This document shows, one piece after another, positions 30,514 to 40,316 of a stretch of 64,000 nt of DNA. The DNA lies in contig JAFRIJ010000011.1 in the NCBI GenBank assembly GCA_017432825.1, positions 34,591-98,590 on the forward strand, written 5' to 3'. Position 1 is the first letter of the stretch; each line of letters opens with the position of its first letter. The DNA comes from Bacilli bacterium (GTDB lineage Bacteria > Bacillota_I > Bacilli_A > RF39 > UBA660). The notes below the pieces were generated by a model, which was not told the DNA's origin, did not search any database, and saw nothing but the letters and a program-made list of their open reading frames with translations. Both the position numbers and the translations under genes were made by a program.

Positions 30514-33075
30514 TTATTTTCCTTCTATGTCATCTAAGAAATTATTTATTCTTACTATTTTATCATCAACTTGTTTTAGTGATTCTTTATTTAACATATC
30601 AAAGCTTAATTTTGTTTGTTCTTTTTTTTCTTCTGGTTCTATCTTTTCTTCTTTGTTTTCTTTGTTGTCAAAATTATCTTTGGATAATATTGATGATTCT
30701 ATATAACTATTTATTATTCTATCCTTTATTATATATGATCCATTGCTATAGCGATCCATAATAGGTATTTCTGTTATTTTTACTTCTTTTGTATAATTAT
30801 CTGATACTACTATTATGGAATTTTTATTATCTGTTACAAAGGCTTTTACTATTTTACTTGGATTAGATTTTATTTCTTTCATAAACATAAGTCCTCTATT
30901 TGCTCTACTACTTATGTCTATTTCAGAAAATCTCATTCTTTTAGCAGTTCCTTTATCTGTTAAAACTGTAATATAATCACTCGTATTTCTATTAAATAGA
31001 ATACTACTAACTACTTCGTCATCTTTTAAATTAATTGATTTTACTCCTGCTGCTTTTACGCCAACTGGATTTACTTCATTTATGTTATACCATAATCCGT
31101 AGCATTTTTTAGTTACTACTAATACATCTGTATTTGTACTATAGCTTACATCAACTACTTCATCATTATCTTTTAATTTCATCATATTAATAGCCTTGGA
31201 ATATCTTTGTACAATAAAATCGGATAATTTAGTTCTTTTTACCATTCCATATTTAGAGAATGAAGTTATATAAATATCGGCTTTCCAATCGTATACAGGC
31301 ATAGCATTTATTACAAGTTCTCCTTCATCTACTTCAATGATATTACTCATATGCTTGCCTAAATCTTTCCATTTTAAATCTGGTATTTCATGTACTGGAA
31401 TATATAAGTAATTACCTAAATTAGTAAAAATTAGTAATGTATCTAGTGTATTCATATTATATGTTCCAATTACATAATCGTTTTCTTTTAATGTTAAATC
31501 CTCTATATTTGATGCTGCAAAGCTTCTTTGAGATGTTCTTTTTATGTACCCTTCTTTTGTTACTACTACTATTACATCTTCTTTTGGTATCATTGCTGTA
31601 GTATCTATTTTTATTTCTGTTATTTCATCTCTTATTTCAGATTTTCTAGGAGAACCATATTCTTTTTTCATTTTTCTTAGTTCTTCTTTAATTACTGCAT
31701 CTAATTTACTAGCATCACTTAATATTGCTTCTAAAGTTTCTATTATTTTTATTAGTTTTTGTTGTTCTTCTTCTAGGGCTATAATATCAGTATTAGATAA
31801 TCTATATAATCTCATATCTACTATAGCGGTTGCTTGTTCTTCTGTAAATTTAAATTTATTTATTAAATTAATAATGGAATCTGCTCTATCTTTACTTTCT
31901 CTAATTGCTTTTATTACTTCATCTAAGACAGATATTGCTTTTATTAATCCTTCTACTATATGATATCTTGCTTTTGCATGTTCTAAATCAAATTCACTTC
32001 TTTTTTTAACTACGTCTCTTTGATGTTCTATATAAGCGTCTAATATTAATAATAGATTAGCAAGTACTGGTCTTCTTTTTACTATTACTACATTATTAAA
32101 ATTATATGATATTTGTAATTCTGTATTTTTATATAAGAAATTTAATATATTTTCTGCATTGGCATCTTTTTTTAAGTCTATTGTTATTTGTAAGCCTTCT
32201 TTATCTGATTCGTCTCTTACTTCTAACATGCCATCTATTTTTTTATCTATTCTTAGTTCGTCAATTTTTCTTACTAATAGTGCTTTATTTACTTCATATG
32301 GAATTTCACTTATTATTATTTTGTTTTTTTCTATTCTAGTTTTAGATTTTACAATTATTTTGCCTCTTCCTGTTTCATATGCTGCTTTTATTCCATCTAT
32401 TCCTTCTATAATAGCTCCTGTTGGAAAATCTGGACCTTTTATATAATTCATTATTGTTTCTAATCTTGAATTTGGATTATCTATTCTATAAATAGTTGCG
32501 TTTATTACTTCTTCTAGATTGTGTGGTGGAATATTTGTTGCATATCCTGCTGATATACCTGTTGTTCCATTTACTAAAAGGTTAGGAAACTTGGCTGGCA
32601 AAACTGTTGGTTCTAATAATGTATCATCATAGTTAGGCGCCATTACTACTGTATCTTTATCTATATCTTGTAGCATTGCTCCTGCTATTTTAGATAATCT
32701 TGCTTCTGTATAACGAGATGCTGCAGGGCCATCACCATCTATAGATCCATTGTTACCTTGCATATCAACAAATGGTTCTCTCATCTTCCAGTCTTGGCTC
32801 ATTCTTACTATTGCTTCATAGATTGATGAATCTCCGTGTGGGTGATATTTACCCATAACATCTCCAACCGCACGAGCACTCTTTTTATATGGTTTATCGT
32901 ATGTGTTTTTTTCTTTATACATTGAGAATAATATTCTTCTTTGAACTGGTTTTAATCCATCTCTAACGTCGGGAATTGCTCTATCTTGGATTATATATTT
33001 AGAATATTTCCCAAATCGTTCTCCCATTATTTCTTCTAGTGAATAATCGTATATTTTCTTTATTATGTCTTCCAT
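30514..33075 (-). CDS. parC: DNA topoisomerase IV subunit A (ParC/GrlA type)
   Basis: GERFGKYSKYIIQDRAIPDVRDGLKPVQRRILFSM... matches the GrlA N-terminus almost residue for residue, and the active-site Tyr context AASRYTEARL is present. I place the start at the ATG at 33075 with a ggtga RBS. No parE gene is adjacent. Confidence 0.85.
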   Translation of the reverse strand: MEDIIKKIYDYSLEEIMGERFGKYSKYIIQDRAIPDVRDGLKPVQRRILFSMYKEKNTYDKPYKKSARAVGDVMGKYHPHGDSSIYEAIVRMSQDWKMREPFVDMQGNNGSIDGDGPAASRYTEARLSKIAGAMLQDIDKDTVVMAPNYDDTLLEPTVLPAKFPNLLVNGTTGISAGYATNIPPHNLEEVINATIYRIDNPNSRLETIMNYIKGPDFPTGAIIEGIDGIKAAYETGRGKIIVKSKTRIEKNKIIISEIPYEVNKALLVRKIDELRIDKKIDGMLEVRDESDKEGLQITIDLKKDANAENILNFLYKNTELQISYNFNNVVIVKRRPVLANLLLILDAYIEHQRDVVKKRSEFDLEHAKARYHIVEGLIKAISVLDEVIKAIRESKDRADSIINLINKFKFTEEQATAIVDMRLYRLSNTDIIALEEEQQKLIKIIETLEAILSDASKLDAVIKEELRKMKKEYGSPRKSEIRDEITEIKIDTTAMIPKEDVIVVVTKEGYIKRTSQRSFAASNIEDLTLKENDYVIGTYNMNTLDTLLIFTNLGNYLYIPVHEIPDLKWKDLGKHMSNIIEVDEGELVINAMPVYDWKADIYITSFSKYGMVKRTKLSDFIVQRYSKAINMMKLKDNDEVVDVSYSTNTDVLVVTKKCYGLWYNINEVNPVGVKAAGVKSINLKDDEVVSSILFNRNTSDYITVLTDKGTAKRMRFSEIDISSRANRGLMFMKEIKSNPSKIVKAFVTDNKNSIIVVSDNYTKEVKITEIPIMDRYSNGSYIIKDRIINSYIESSILSKDNFDNKENKEEKIEPEEKKEQTKLSFDMLNKESLKQVDDKIVRINNFLDDIEGK

Positions 33076-33126
33076 ATTTCTCACCTTTTTTTAGTTTAAC
33101 ATAAAAAAAAAAAGAAAACAAGATTA

Positions 33127-34314
33127 TTACTCTTGAGTTTCTAGAATACTAGGGTCTATTTTAGATATTTCTCCTATATTTTCTATTACGCTTATAAACA
33201 TTTTTATATCTAGTATTGTTTCTTTTTCTTCTTTATTTATTATTATTATTTTCTTAATTTCTTTTATATTTGGATTATCTTTTTTTAGTTTTCTTTCTAT
33301 ATAATCTTTGGCTTTATTAATTGCTATATCTTCTGGATATACTTCATCTAATACTTTTAATTCGTATTGTTTTTCTTTTATTAATTTTATTGTTGATAAT
33401 TGATTACTTAATAATATTTTATCTTTAGATTTAAAAGACTTGTATTTTTTAAAATTAAAGAAAGATATTCTTTTGTTTATAAGTTTTAATACATAAATAG
33501 TTTTATTTTTTCCAGTTAAGTTTTCTTCTCTATAGATATAAGGATACTGCATCGATACTTTATACCACACTTCTCCATATACTTCGCCGCTTGCCATAAT
33601 AGGTATTTTACTATTATTAGGTAATGTTATGTATCCCGCTATTATAATATCTCCTTTATTTACATAATCATTTACATTTTTTACTTTTTCTCCACTTAAA
33701 GCTTTTATTTCTGTTATAGTGGCTTTCTTTTTTGATATTATATTTTGATATTCATATTCTTTTTTATTATCATTTATTTTTCTTTCTTCTATTCTTACAA
33801 TATATTTAGTTCCGCTTTCTTTTATTTCAATCCATTCTAATTTATCTTTATTTTCTTCTAATATTTTATCTTCTATTTTCTCTAATTTACTAAAACTTTT
33901 TTTAAATTTATATTTTTTTATTCCATTTTTTTCTAATTCTTCTTTTAATAATCTTCTTATTTCTTTGTCTTCATGTATTATATCTATGGAAAAAATTATA
34001 TTTGACAAGGTAATGATAATTGAAATACCTATTAATAGTGATACTATTAATATTTGATTTTTTTTAACAATTTTTCTTATTTTTAATTTCCCATATGTAT
34101 TAATTATTGATATTTTATATATAGATTTGTATTTTGTTAATTCTCTATAATCTTTATATTTTAATATTATATGAGCTTCTTTATAAGAAATTGGTATTAA
34201 TTTAATAATATTTATTTTTCTTTTTATTAATCTTTTAATATAATTATTAATATTTTTACCTTCTACTTTTATTTTTACAATATTATCAAAATTATCTAGG
34301 TATTTATTTTTCAT
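33127..34314 (-). CDS. yqfD: Sporulation protein YqfD-like
   Basis: The N-terminus ...IVKIKVEGKNINNYIKRLIKRKINIIKL... followed by one TM and about 390 aa matches the YqfD pattern. It sits directly downstream of a YqfC-like gene. Confidence 0.55.
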   Translation of the reverse strand: MKNKYLDNFDNIVKIKVEGKNINNYIKRLIKRKINIIKLIPISYKEAHIILKYKDYRELTKYKSIYKISIINTYGKLKIRKIVKKNQILIVSLLIGISIIITLSNIIFSIDIIHEDKEIRRLLKEELEKNGIKKYKFKKSFSKLEKIEDKILEENKDKLEWIEIKESGTKYIVRIEERKINDNKKEYEYQNIISKKKATITEIKALSGEKVKNVNDYVNKGDIIIAGYITLPNNSKIPIMASGEVYGEVWYKVSMQYPYIYREENLTGKNKTIYVLKLINKRISFFNFKKYKSFKSKDKILLSNQLSTIKLIKEKQYELKVLDEVYPEDIAINKAKDYIERKLKKDNPNIKEIKKIIIINKEEKETILDIKMFISVIENIGEISKIDPSILETQE

Positions 34315-34352
34315 TGTTTCACCTATAAAATTTTATGTTATTTTATTTGGTG

Positions 34353-34589
34353 TTATAACTTAATGCTTTCTATTTTTCCTGTTATTAGTATTTCATTATC
34401 TTGCATTTTAGATACTACTAGATTTTCTCCTGTTACTATAGTATTATTATCCTCATTTTTTATAACTATCTTTGTACTAGAAAAATCTTTTATTTCTTTA
34501 AAATTAATAATATTTATGCTATTTTTTTTAATTATTATTTTGTATTCTTTATCTATTATATATCTATCTAATTTATTTAATAAGTTCAT
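34353..34589 (-). CDS. yqfC: Sporulation protein YqfC-like
   Basis: A 78-aa protein with the repeated pattern ...ITGENLVV...ILITGKIESIKL and the conserved yqfC-yqfD order. Confidence 0.5.
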   Translation of the reverse strand: MNLLNKLDRYIIDKEYKIIIKKNSINIINFKEIKDFSSTKIVIKNEDNNTIVTGENLVVSKMQDNEILITGKIESIKL

Positions 34590-34657
34590 ATTATCACCTA
34601 TAATAGTATATTCATATAAAATAAAAAAAATAGGTGTCTGCCTATTACTTAAAAAAT

Positions 34658-34741
34658 TGGTGCGAGTGAAGGGACTTGAACCCCCACGGATAAACCACTA
34701 GATCCTAAGTCTAGCGCGTCTGCCAATTTCGCCACACTCGC
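34658..34741 (-). tRNA. tRNA-Leu, anticodon UAG, class II with a long variable arm
   Basis: The reverse complement folds into a cloverleaf: acceptor GCGAGTG/CACTCGC, anticodon stem CTAGA/TCTAG with loop CTTAGGA, T-loop TTCAAGT, and a CCA end. Confidence 0.9.
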
Positions 34742-34748
34742 ATATATT

Positions 34749-34825
34749 TGGTGGACCCTATAGGACTCGAACCTATGACCGCCCGGTTATGAGCCGGATG
34801 CTCTAACCAACTGAGCTAAGGGTCC
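34749..34825 (-). tRNA. tRNA-Met, anticodon CAU; elongator type (G1-C72 paired). A tRNA-Ile(LAU) reading is not excluded.
   Basis: The reverse complement is GGACCCTTAGCTCAGTTGGTTAGAGCATCCGGCTCATAACCGGGCGGTCATAGGTTCGAGTCCTATAGGGTCCACCA, which folds into a canonical cloverleaf. Confidence 0.85.
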
Positions 34826-34888
34826 ATGTGAATTAATATTAACATATTTTTATAGTTTTATCAATAGTTTTTTTATAAAATATTAATA

Positions 34889-35167
34889 TTAATTGGCATT
34901 TTCATTGGATTTTAATGTTACTATTGTGCATCCATTATTAAAACTATCTAATTTAAAATCTTCTACTAGTTTATTTCTAGATAATGTTTCGTGAACTGCT
35001 TTTTTTACTGCTCCTGTACCTATTCCGTGTATTATTACTACTTCTTTATATTTCATTAATATAGATTCTTCTATAAAATCATTTGTTTTTACTCTTGCAC
35101 TTTCTATATCGTAGCCATGTAAATCTATTTTAGGTAATCTATCTAAGAAAATATTATATACCTTCAT
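34889..35167 (-). CDS. Smr-domain small protein
   Basis: A 92-aa protein with ...IDLHGYDIESARVKT...VIIHGIGTGAVKKAV..., the Smr fold signature. Confidence 0.6.
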   Translation of the reverse strand: MKVYNIFLDRLPKIDLHGYDIESARVKTNDFIEESILMKYKEVVIIHGIGTGAVKKAVHETLSRNKLVEDFKLDSFNNGCTIVTLKSNENAN

Positions 35168-35183
35168 AACATCACCCAGTAGA

Positions 35184-36416
35184 TTATATCATAGTTATCG
35201 GTAATTTTACAACTACTTTTGTTCCTTTATTTGGTTTAGATTTATATTCTATTGTTCCGTTATGTGCTTTTATTATTTCGTTTGATAAACTTACTCCTAA
35301 TCCTGATCCTTTTTCTTTTGTAGTAAAGAATAATTCTTTTATATGATTTAACGTGTATTCATCCATTCCACATCCATTATCTGTTATTTCTATATAATAA
35401 TAATCTTTTAATATGTGAGTTATTATATCTATGTTTCCTTCTTTTTCCATTGATTCTATGCTATTTTTTATAAGATTAATGAATACTTGCTTTAATCTAT
35501 TATAATCTCCATTTAAATATATTTCATCTTGTGTTATTCTAGAATTTAATTTTATTTTTTTGCTTTTTAATATTATTTTAAATTCTTCTGTGATATCTTC
35601 TAGTAATAAATTTATATCTAATATGTCTTTATCTATTTTTATTTTATTAAATTCCATAAAATCACTCATTATATTTATACTTCTATCTATTTCTTGTTTT
35701 ATTATAGGAATGTATTTCTTTATTTTTTCTTTATTATTAATATCTAACATTTCTAAATATCCTTTACATACTGCTATTGGATTTTTTACTTCGTGAGTTA
35801 TTTTAAATAATGAATTTCTTAATTGTTTTTCTTGTTCAAACTCTCTTATGGTTAGATATAAAGAAGAAACATTATCTGCTAAATCAAATAAAAATAGTAA
35901 TATAAATGGTATAGTATAAAAAATTAATATAGATAATACTATTTCTATTATATCTGTTATATTTGTATTGTTATATAAAAACATTTGTATTGACATGTAA
36001 AATCCTTGTAATAGTGAAATTACTAATATTAATTTTTTATTACTAATTTTTTTTCTAGTACTTAATACATATATTGTGTAAAAAGAAACATATTGAATTA
36101 ATAGTACTATTATTGGTTTATCTAATGTATACTTTGTATAAAGTATTATTATTGTTGATAGTAACATAGCAATTTTTCTTTCCTTTTTTGTATATGCTAA
36201 TAAAACTGGTATATTTAAGAATAATAACAATTTTATATATGAATTTGATTCTCCATATTTTATACATAAATATAATGATATAAACAGTGATAAATTAAAT
36301 AATATTCCATTATATTTTTCACTAGTTAATTCTCTATAACAATTATAAATAAAATATATTAAGATTGGAAAAAATATTAATATTATATTTAATATATCGT
36401 CTTTTATTATATTCAT
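35184..36416 (-). CDS. Orphan sensor histidine kinase with a 5-6 TM N-terminal sensor (5TMR-LYT / KinB-like)
   Basis: HisKA H-box ITHEVKNPIAVCKGYLEMLD; HATPase N/G boxes (...DNGCGMDE...GSGLGVS...). No response-regulator gene is adjacent. Confidence 0.8.
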   Translation of the reverse strand: MNIIKDDILNIILIFFPILIYFIYNCYRELTSEKYNGILFNLSLFISLYLCIKYGESNSYIKLLLFLNIPVLLAYTKKERKIAMLLSTIIILYTKYTLDKPIIVLLIQYVSFYTIYVLSTRKKISNKKLILVISLLQGFYMSIQMFLYNNTNITDIIEIVLSILIFYTIPFILLFLFDLADNVSSLYLTIREFEQEKQLRNSLFKITHEVKNPIAVCKGYLEMLDINNKEKIKKYIPIIKQEIDRSINIMSDFMEFNKIKIDKDILDINLLLEDITEEFKIILKSKKIKLNSRITQDEIYLNGDYNRLKQVFINLIKNSIESMEKEGNIDIITHILKDYYYIEITDNGCGMDEYTLNHIKELFFTTKEKGSGLGVSLSNEIIKAHNGTIEYKSKPNKGTKVVVKLPITMI

Positions 36417-36521
36417 ATTATTCCTCTTTTCTATTATTAGTATATATTTTATTTATTATGTTTTTTGTCGAATGGTGTCGACTTAATAAAATAATGTCGA
36501 AAAAAAATAGAAGTATTACTT

Positions 36522-36836
36522 CTATTTTAATTCATCTATATATTTTTTTAATTTTTTAGCATCTTTACCAAATATTATTTTAAGTTGGTTATCTATTTCC
36601 ACAACACCTTTAGCACCTAACTTCATTATTCCTTCTTTGTTAGCTAAATTAATATCTTTTAGTGTTACTTTAAATCTAGACATTTCTACTTCAGTTTCTA
36701 GAATATTATCTCTTCCACCTAGTAAATCTACTAATTTATTTATTTCTAAATTAAAATCTTTTTTATTTCCTCTTACAATTGCTAAAGCTATTATTAATAG
36801 AACCGAGAAAATTATTATGTAATATATGGGTTGCAT
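36522..36836 (-). CDS. Membrane-anchored PTS-EIIB(Glc)-like domain protein lacking the phospho-Cys
   Basis: An N-terminal TM helix followed by ...LGGRDNILETEVEMSRFKVTLKD...GAKGVVEI..., which follows the EIIB pattern but has EMSRF in place of the C-x-TRLR motif. Confidence 0.5.
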   Translation of the reverse strand: MQPIYYIIIFSVLLIIALAIVRGNKKDFNLEINKLVDLLGGRDNILETEVEMSRFKVTLKDINLANKEGIMKLGAKGVVEIDNQLKIIFGKDAKKLKKYIDELK

Positions 36837-36886
36837 TTTTCCACCTCTTTTTCATTATACTATAATTCTATTTATATAACAAGTTA

Positions 36887-38440
36887 TTATTTTATAATAT
36901 AAGTGTATTTCCTATTTCTAATTTTTAGTTCAATCCATATTTTAGAAGCTTTTTCAATATCTTTATCTACTTCTAAAAATAATCCTTCAGTATATATCCC
37001 AGGTGTTTTATTATTCATTAAATTACTTGTATATTCTTTATTATCTATTATATATTTTATTTTACCATAATTTTCTAATAATTCATAAATAGTCATTTTA
37101 TTTGGTAAAGAGTATGTTAGTTTTATGTTTATTAGTGTGTTGGAAAGACTTTTGATATTTAGTTTACTTGTAAAATCTTTTCCTTCTACTTGATATTTAA
37201 AATCATGTGTAAAAGTATCTTTAATTTCTATAGAACTAATATTTATATTTCCATTTGATAATATAGTTTCATTTAGATTTAAATTTTCTTTTAATTTTAT
37301 TTCTTTTGTTTTTTCTTCTGTATCTAGATTTATAGGAGATAAATTAATTTTTGTCTTTTCTAGATATATTAATCGCATATTTTTATTAATGTTTTTAGTT
37401 GGTACTTTAAAAGTAAATATATATACTGCTCCTGATGTTAGTGATTGGTTGGTATAAATAGTTCCAATATCTTTAAAATTATTATTATTCTTTTCTGTAA
37501 GTTTATATTTTTCTTTTCCAATTTCTAAAACAATATATCCAGTATTTAATCTACTACCTCTTGTATATGGTGTTATATACATTTTTACTATTACATATGT
37601 TTCATCTTCCTCTGTTAATATCTTATTTGTAGAACTTTTACTTGTTATATAAGTGTTCGTTACATCAAGATTAAAGCTATCAGTTTGAACTGTTTCATTT
37701 TCATTATATATTTTATTTACTACTTTTTTGTCTAGAAATAATATAATTGATAATACTATTACTATTGTTGCTATTATTGCTACTAGTATTAATTTATTCT
37801 CTTTATAATAATAAGTGTATTCTCTTATTTTTCTTCTTATTCTTCTAAATATGCCTTCGTTTGATCCTAGAGTTAGTTCTACTTCTTCTTCATCATCTAA
37901 ATTTAATCCTAAGTCTGCTATGTCTTCTTTAAAATTAAATTTTTTTATATCAAATCCTAGTCCTCTAACTAGAGTAAATGCTATAGATATATACTGAAAT
38001 AGTGATGCTATTCTTAGTATATCTCTATATAATCTAGCTGTTTTTAATTCTAGACTATTAAATATATATATTTGATTTAATCCATCATAAGAAATATTAA
38101 TTACAAGTGCTATTAAAATATATAAAATTATTAGAACAAAATATAATAGCTTTGGTTTCTTTTTGTATCTCATTAGGGCATATATTATTATACATAATAT
38201 AATTGATAGAATTATCGCTATTAAATAATAATTAGTTGTTATTTTTATAGCATTTAATCTATTAGCAGTTCCTTCTAAGTAATCATTGTAGTAGCGTAAT
38301 ATAGAGTTTACTTTAACTAATAAATATATATATATAGCTGTTATTAATAAATGAATAAGCTTAAAATGCTTAATTAAAAATCCATATGGTTTTCTTAGTA
38401 TCAATAGAATCGCCCCTATCTTATTTAGATAATTATACAA
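36887..38440 (-). CDS. Polytopic membrane protein with a C-terminal extracytoplasmic beta-rich domain (hypothetical)
   Basis: About 6 TM helices, then an RRIRRKIRE linker, one further TM and about 290 aa of extracellular domain. Confidence 0.45.
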   Translation of the reverse strand: MYNYLNKIGAILLILRKPYGFLIKHFKLIHLLITAIYIYLLVKVNSILRYYNDYLEGTANRLNAIKITTNYYLIAIILSIILCIIIYALMRYKKKPKLLYFVLIILYILIALVINISYDGLNQIYIFNSLELKTARLYRDILRIASLFQYISIAFTLVRGLGFDIKKFNFKEDIADLGLNLDDEEEVELTLGSNEGIFRRIRRKIREYTYYYKENKLILVAIIATIVIVLSIILFLDKKVVNKIYNENETVQTDSFNLDVTNTYITSKSSTNKILTEEDETYVIVKMYITPYTRGSRLNTGYIVLEIGKEKYKLTEKNNNNFKDIGTIYTNQSLTSGAVYIFTFKVPTKNINKNMRLIYLEKTKINLSPINLDTEEKTKEIKLKENLNLNETILSNGNINISSIEIKDTFTHDFKYQVEGKDFTSKLNIKSLSNTLINIKLTYSLPNKMTIYELLENYGKIKYIIDNKEYTSNLMNNKTPGIYTEGLFLEVDKDIEKASKIWIELKIRNRKYTYIIK

Positions 38441-38471
38441 TAAAAAAGAAGAAATATAAAGATGTTTCTTC

Positions 38472-38915
38472 TTAAAAAATAATTATTTGTTCTTCTTCTA
38501 AATAAATATCGTTATTATATTCAAGTAATTTATTTATATCTATATTTAAATTATTTAATAAGCTTTTAATGGTATCATTTTTTTTAGTTAAATACATGTT
38601 ATTATCTTTTCTTGGTAATAATATTGTTTGATTTGGATATATGTAATCGTCTTTTTCTAGGCCATTTATTTTTAGTAATAGGTTATAATCCATATTATTG
38701 TTATTAGCAATTTTATATATAGTATCTTCTTTTTTTACTGTGTAAAAATCAAAGTTTTTATTTCTTTTTTTTGGTAATATGATTTCATTGCCGGTGTCTA
38801 TTTTTAATAATACTTCCTCTCCATTTATATTTATTAATTCTTCTTCTGTTATATTATATTCATTTAATATATTTGACAAACTATCATTTTCTTTTATTTT
38901 ATATATCTCGTACAT
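38472..38915 (-). CDS. LysM-repeat protein (three LysM motifs)
   Basis: Three repeats of the Y-x-V/I-K-x-x-D-T/S-L...I...N shape: YKIKENDSLSNIL..., YTVKKEDTIYKIA... and YLTKKNDTIKSLL.... Confidence 0.7.
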   Translation of the reverse strand: MYEIYKIKENDSLSNILNEYNITEEELININGEEVLLKIDTGNEIILPKKRNKNFDFYTVKKEDTIYKIANNNNMDYNLLLKINGLEKDDYIYPNQTILLPRKDNNMYLTKKNDTIKSLLNNLNIDINKLLEYNNDIYLEEEQIIIF

Positions 38916-39042
38916 ATCTATTCACTTCCTATGATAGATTATGTTTTTTTATTGTTTTTGTTACTATTATCATATAAAATGTTTGACTTAAGTATTATTT
39001 TATGATAAAGTTAATATACGATGTTTTTGAGGAGGGATTATA

Positions 39043-39222
39043 ATGGCTAAGAATATATCAAGTAAAAAAACTAATTATGCTAATAATAGACCTAATTGTT
39101 TAAAAGTAACTAAGAAAGCTCAAAAGGTGAACTTACAAAAAGTAAAAGTAAAAGATGAAAAAGGTAATGTTGTAAGTGTTAGATTAAGTGCTAGAGAAAT
39201 TAGATCTTTAAAGAATGCTTAA
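39043..39222 (+). CDS. rpmB: 50S ribosomal protein L28, absent from the ORF track
   Basis: RBS gaggaggg, then ATG. The 59-aa product is MAKNISSKKTNYANNRPNCLKVTKKAQKVNLQKVKVKDEKGNVVSVRLSAREIRSLKNA, a typical L28. Confidence 0.8.
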   Translation: MAKNISSKKTNYANNRPNCLKVTKKAQKVNLQKVKVKDEKGNVVSVRLSAREIRSLKNA

Positions 39223-39227
39223 TAATT

Positions 39228-39256
39228 AAAACTTCCTATTTGGAGGTTTTTTATTT
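39228..39256 (+). terminator. Rho-independent terminator after rpmB
   Basis: Stem aaaacttcc/ggaggtttt, one G·U wobble, a 5-nt loop, then a T-run. Confidence 0.5.
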
Positions 39257-39273
39257 TAGAAGATGGTGATATT

Positions 39274-40290
39274 ATGTCTAAATATATAGATTTAAGAGAT
39301 AATTGTAATAAAGAATTATTAGTTGCTGCTAGCAACTGTATAAAAGAAGGAAAATTAGTAATATTTCCTACAGAAACTGTTTATGGTATTGGAGCTGATG
39401 GGCTTAATGCGAATGCTGTTAAGAATATTTTTATTGCTAAGGGAAGAGCTAGTGATAATCCTTTAATACTACATGTTTCTAGTATTGATATGATTAATAG
39501 AATTGCTTATATTGAATCTAAGCTAGAAAAAGACCTTATTAATGCTTTCTTTCCTGGACCATTAACTATAATTTTAAAGAAGAAAGAAATTGTTCCTAAT
39601 ATAGTTTGTGGTAATTTAGATACTGTTGGAGTTAGAATGCCTATTAATAATATTGCTCATGATTTAATAGAATTATCTAATACTCCTATAGCTGCTCCTA
39701 GTGCTAATATATCTGGTAGACCTAGTGGTACTAATATTAAAGATATATATGATGAACTTAATAATAGGGTCGACTATATTATAGATGGTGGAGATACTAA
39801 TATTGGGTTGGAATCTACAGTTATTAGAGTTATTAATGATGAAATACATATTTTAAGGCCTGGTAAAATTACTTATGACGATTTGAGTAAGTATGGTAAG
39901 GTAGTAATTGATTCACATGTTTTAGATAAGGTTAAAGCAACTGATAAGGTATTATCTCCTGGTATGAAATACAGACATTATGCTCCTAAAACTAAATGTG
40001 TGCTAGTATATAGTGAAAATAATAAAAAATTAATTGAAAAGATGAAAGAATTAGAAAGTGAGAATACCTTAGTAATTACTCATAATAAGAATATTAATCT
40101 CTTTAAAAATGCTATTAGTTATGGTGAAACGTTAGAAGATATTTCTCATAATATTTTTAAAATACTAAGAAGTGTTGATAAATATAATAATGATTTAGTT
40201 ATAATTGAGGGTGTTAAGTCTAAAGGTTTAGGTCTAGCTATTATGAATAGGCTTATTAGAGCTTGTTCTCATAATTATATTAAAATATAA
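39274..40290 (+). CDS. tsaC: L-threonylcarbamoyladenylate synthase (Sua5/YwlC type, with the Sua5 C-terminal domain)
   Basis: YrdC fold motif IFPTETVYGIGAD...; the 338-aa length indicates the extra Sua5 domain. Confidence 0.85.
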   Translation: MSKYIDLRDNCNKELLVAASNCIKEGKLVIFPTETVYGIGADGLNANAVKNIFIAKGRASDNPLILHVSSIDMINRIAYIESKLEKDLINAFFPGPLTIILKKKEIVPNIVCGNLDTVGVRMPINNIAHDLIELSNTPIAAPSANISGRPSGTNIKDIYDELNNRVDYIIDGGDTNIGLESTVIRVINDEIHILRPGKITYDDLSKYGKVVIDSHVLDKVKATDKVLSPGMKYRHYAPKTKCVLVYSENNKKLIEKMKELESENTLVITHNKNINLFKNAISYGETLEDISHNIFKILRSVDKYNNDLVIIEGVKSKGLGLAIMNRLIRACSHNYIKI

Positions 40291-40315
40291 AAAACTTCCT
40301 GCTGGAAGTTTTTTT
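40291..40315. terminator. Bidirectional terminator between tsaC (+) and rpe (-)
   Basis: Stem aaaacttcc/ggaagtttt with a tgct loop and T5 on the plus strand. It sits between two convergent stop codons. Confidence 0.55.
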
Positions 40316-40316
40316 A

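Noticed and set aside
30514-33084. Calling the 856-aa type-II topoisomerase subunit GyrA
   Set aside because: The N-terminal FGKYSKYIIQDRA...KPVQRRIL signature matches ParC/GrlA rather than GyrA (KPVHRR), and no gyrB is adjacent.
34363-34701. 112-aa plus-strand ORF
   Set aside because: It overlaps yqfC on the opposite strand and runs into the tRNA-Leu gene; the tRNA cloverleaf is unambiguous.
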